Under the pieces are notes generated by a model, which was not told the DNA's origin, did no database searches, and saw nothing but the letters and a program-made list of their open reading frames with translations. From contig NW_021832759.1 in assembly GCF_006345805.1 (NCBI RefSeq), positions 1-51,525 of the forward strand: 51,525 nt of DNA, given 5' to 3'. This document shows positions 51,306 through 51,525 of this stretch, piece by piece; position 1 is the first letter of the stretch; each line of letters begins with the position of its first letter. This DNA comes from Octopus sinensis. Its lineage: Eukaryota. The position numbers were made by a program, and so were the translations under genes.

Positions 51306-51525
51306 AAGGAAATGAAATCGAGGCGTGTGAATAATTTGAAACTCTTCTGCCATCCCCCAAAAATATTTCCACAATTAATTCCGATGTAAACGAAATCTAC
51401 GACATCGAAAAAGTATTTGTAGAAAATTTCATTAAAAAATATCCAATTTCCTGGAAGTTATGGTGAAACAAATTCGCGGTGAGTAAACGGGCGTAGATTT
51501 GCGAATCTGTTATGGGGCCGGATTC

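Overview
AT-rich eukaryotic DNA, apparently intronic or intergenic, saturated with microsatellites and retroposons. The repeat families look from memory like those of Octopus (coleoid cephalopod); this cannot be proven from the window. I recognise no host protein-coding gene, rRNA, true tRNA or CRISPR array, and almost all ORFs in the track are microsatellite translations. Supported content: (1) a ~3.4-kb 5'-truncated Penelope-like retroelement (RT, Cys-rich linker, GIY-YIG; Neptune-like) broken only by 1-bp indels, with a minimal U3:A8-variant hammerhead ribozyme in its 3' region; (2) many copies of three tRNA-derived SINE groups (A, B, C), several with clear target-site duplications, which swap heads and tails modularly; (3) fossils of a DD37D transposase, a DD34D mariner split by a SINE, an RLE-type LINE, an RTE-type LINE, a second PLE endonuclease and a non-autonomous Helitron; (4) very long simple or higher-order tandem repeats. 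The best candidate for something undescribed is SINE B, which forms one-head plus n x 184-bp multimers with the same junction at two independent loci. This is a hypothesis, not a demonstrated new system.
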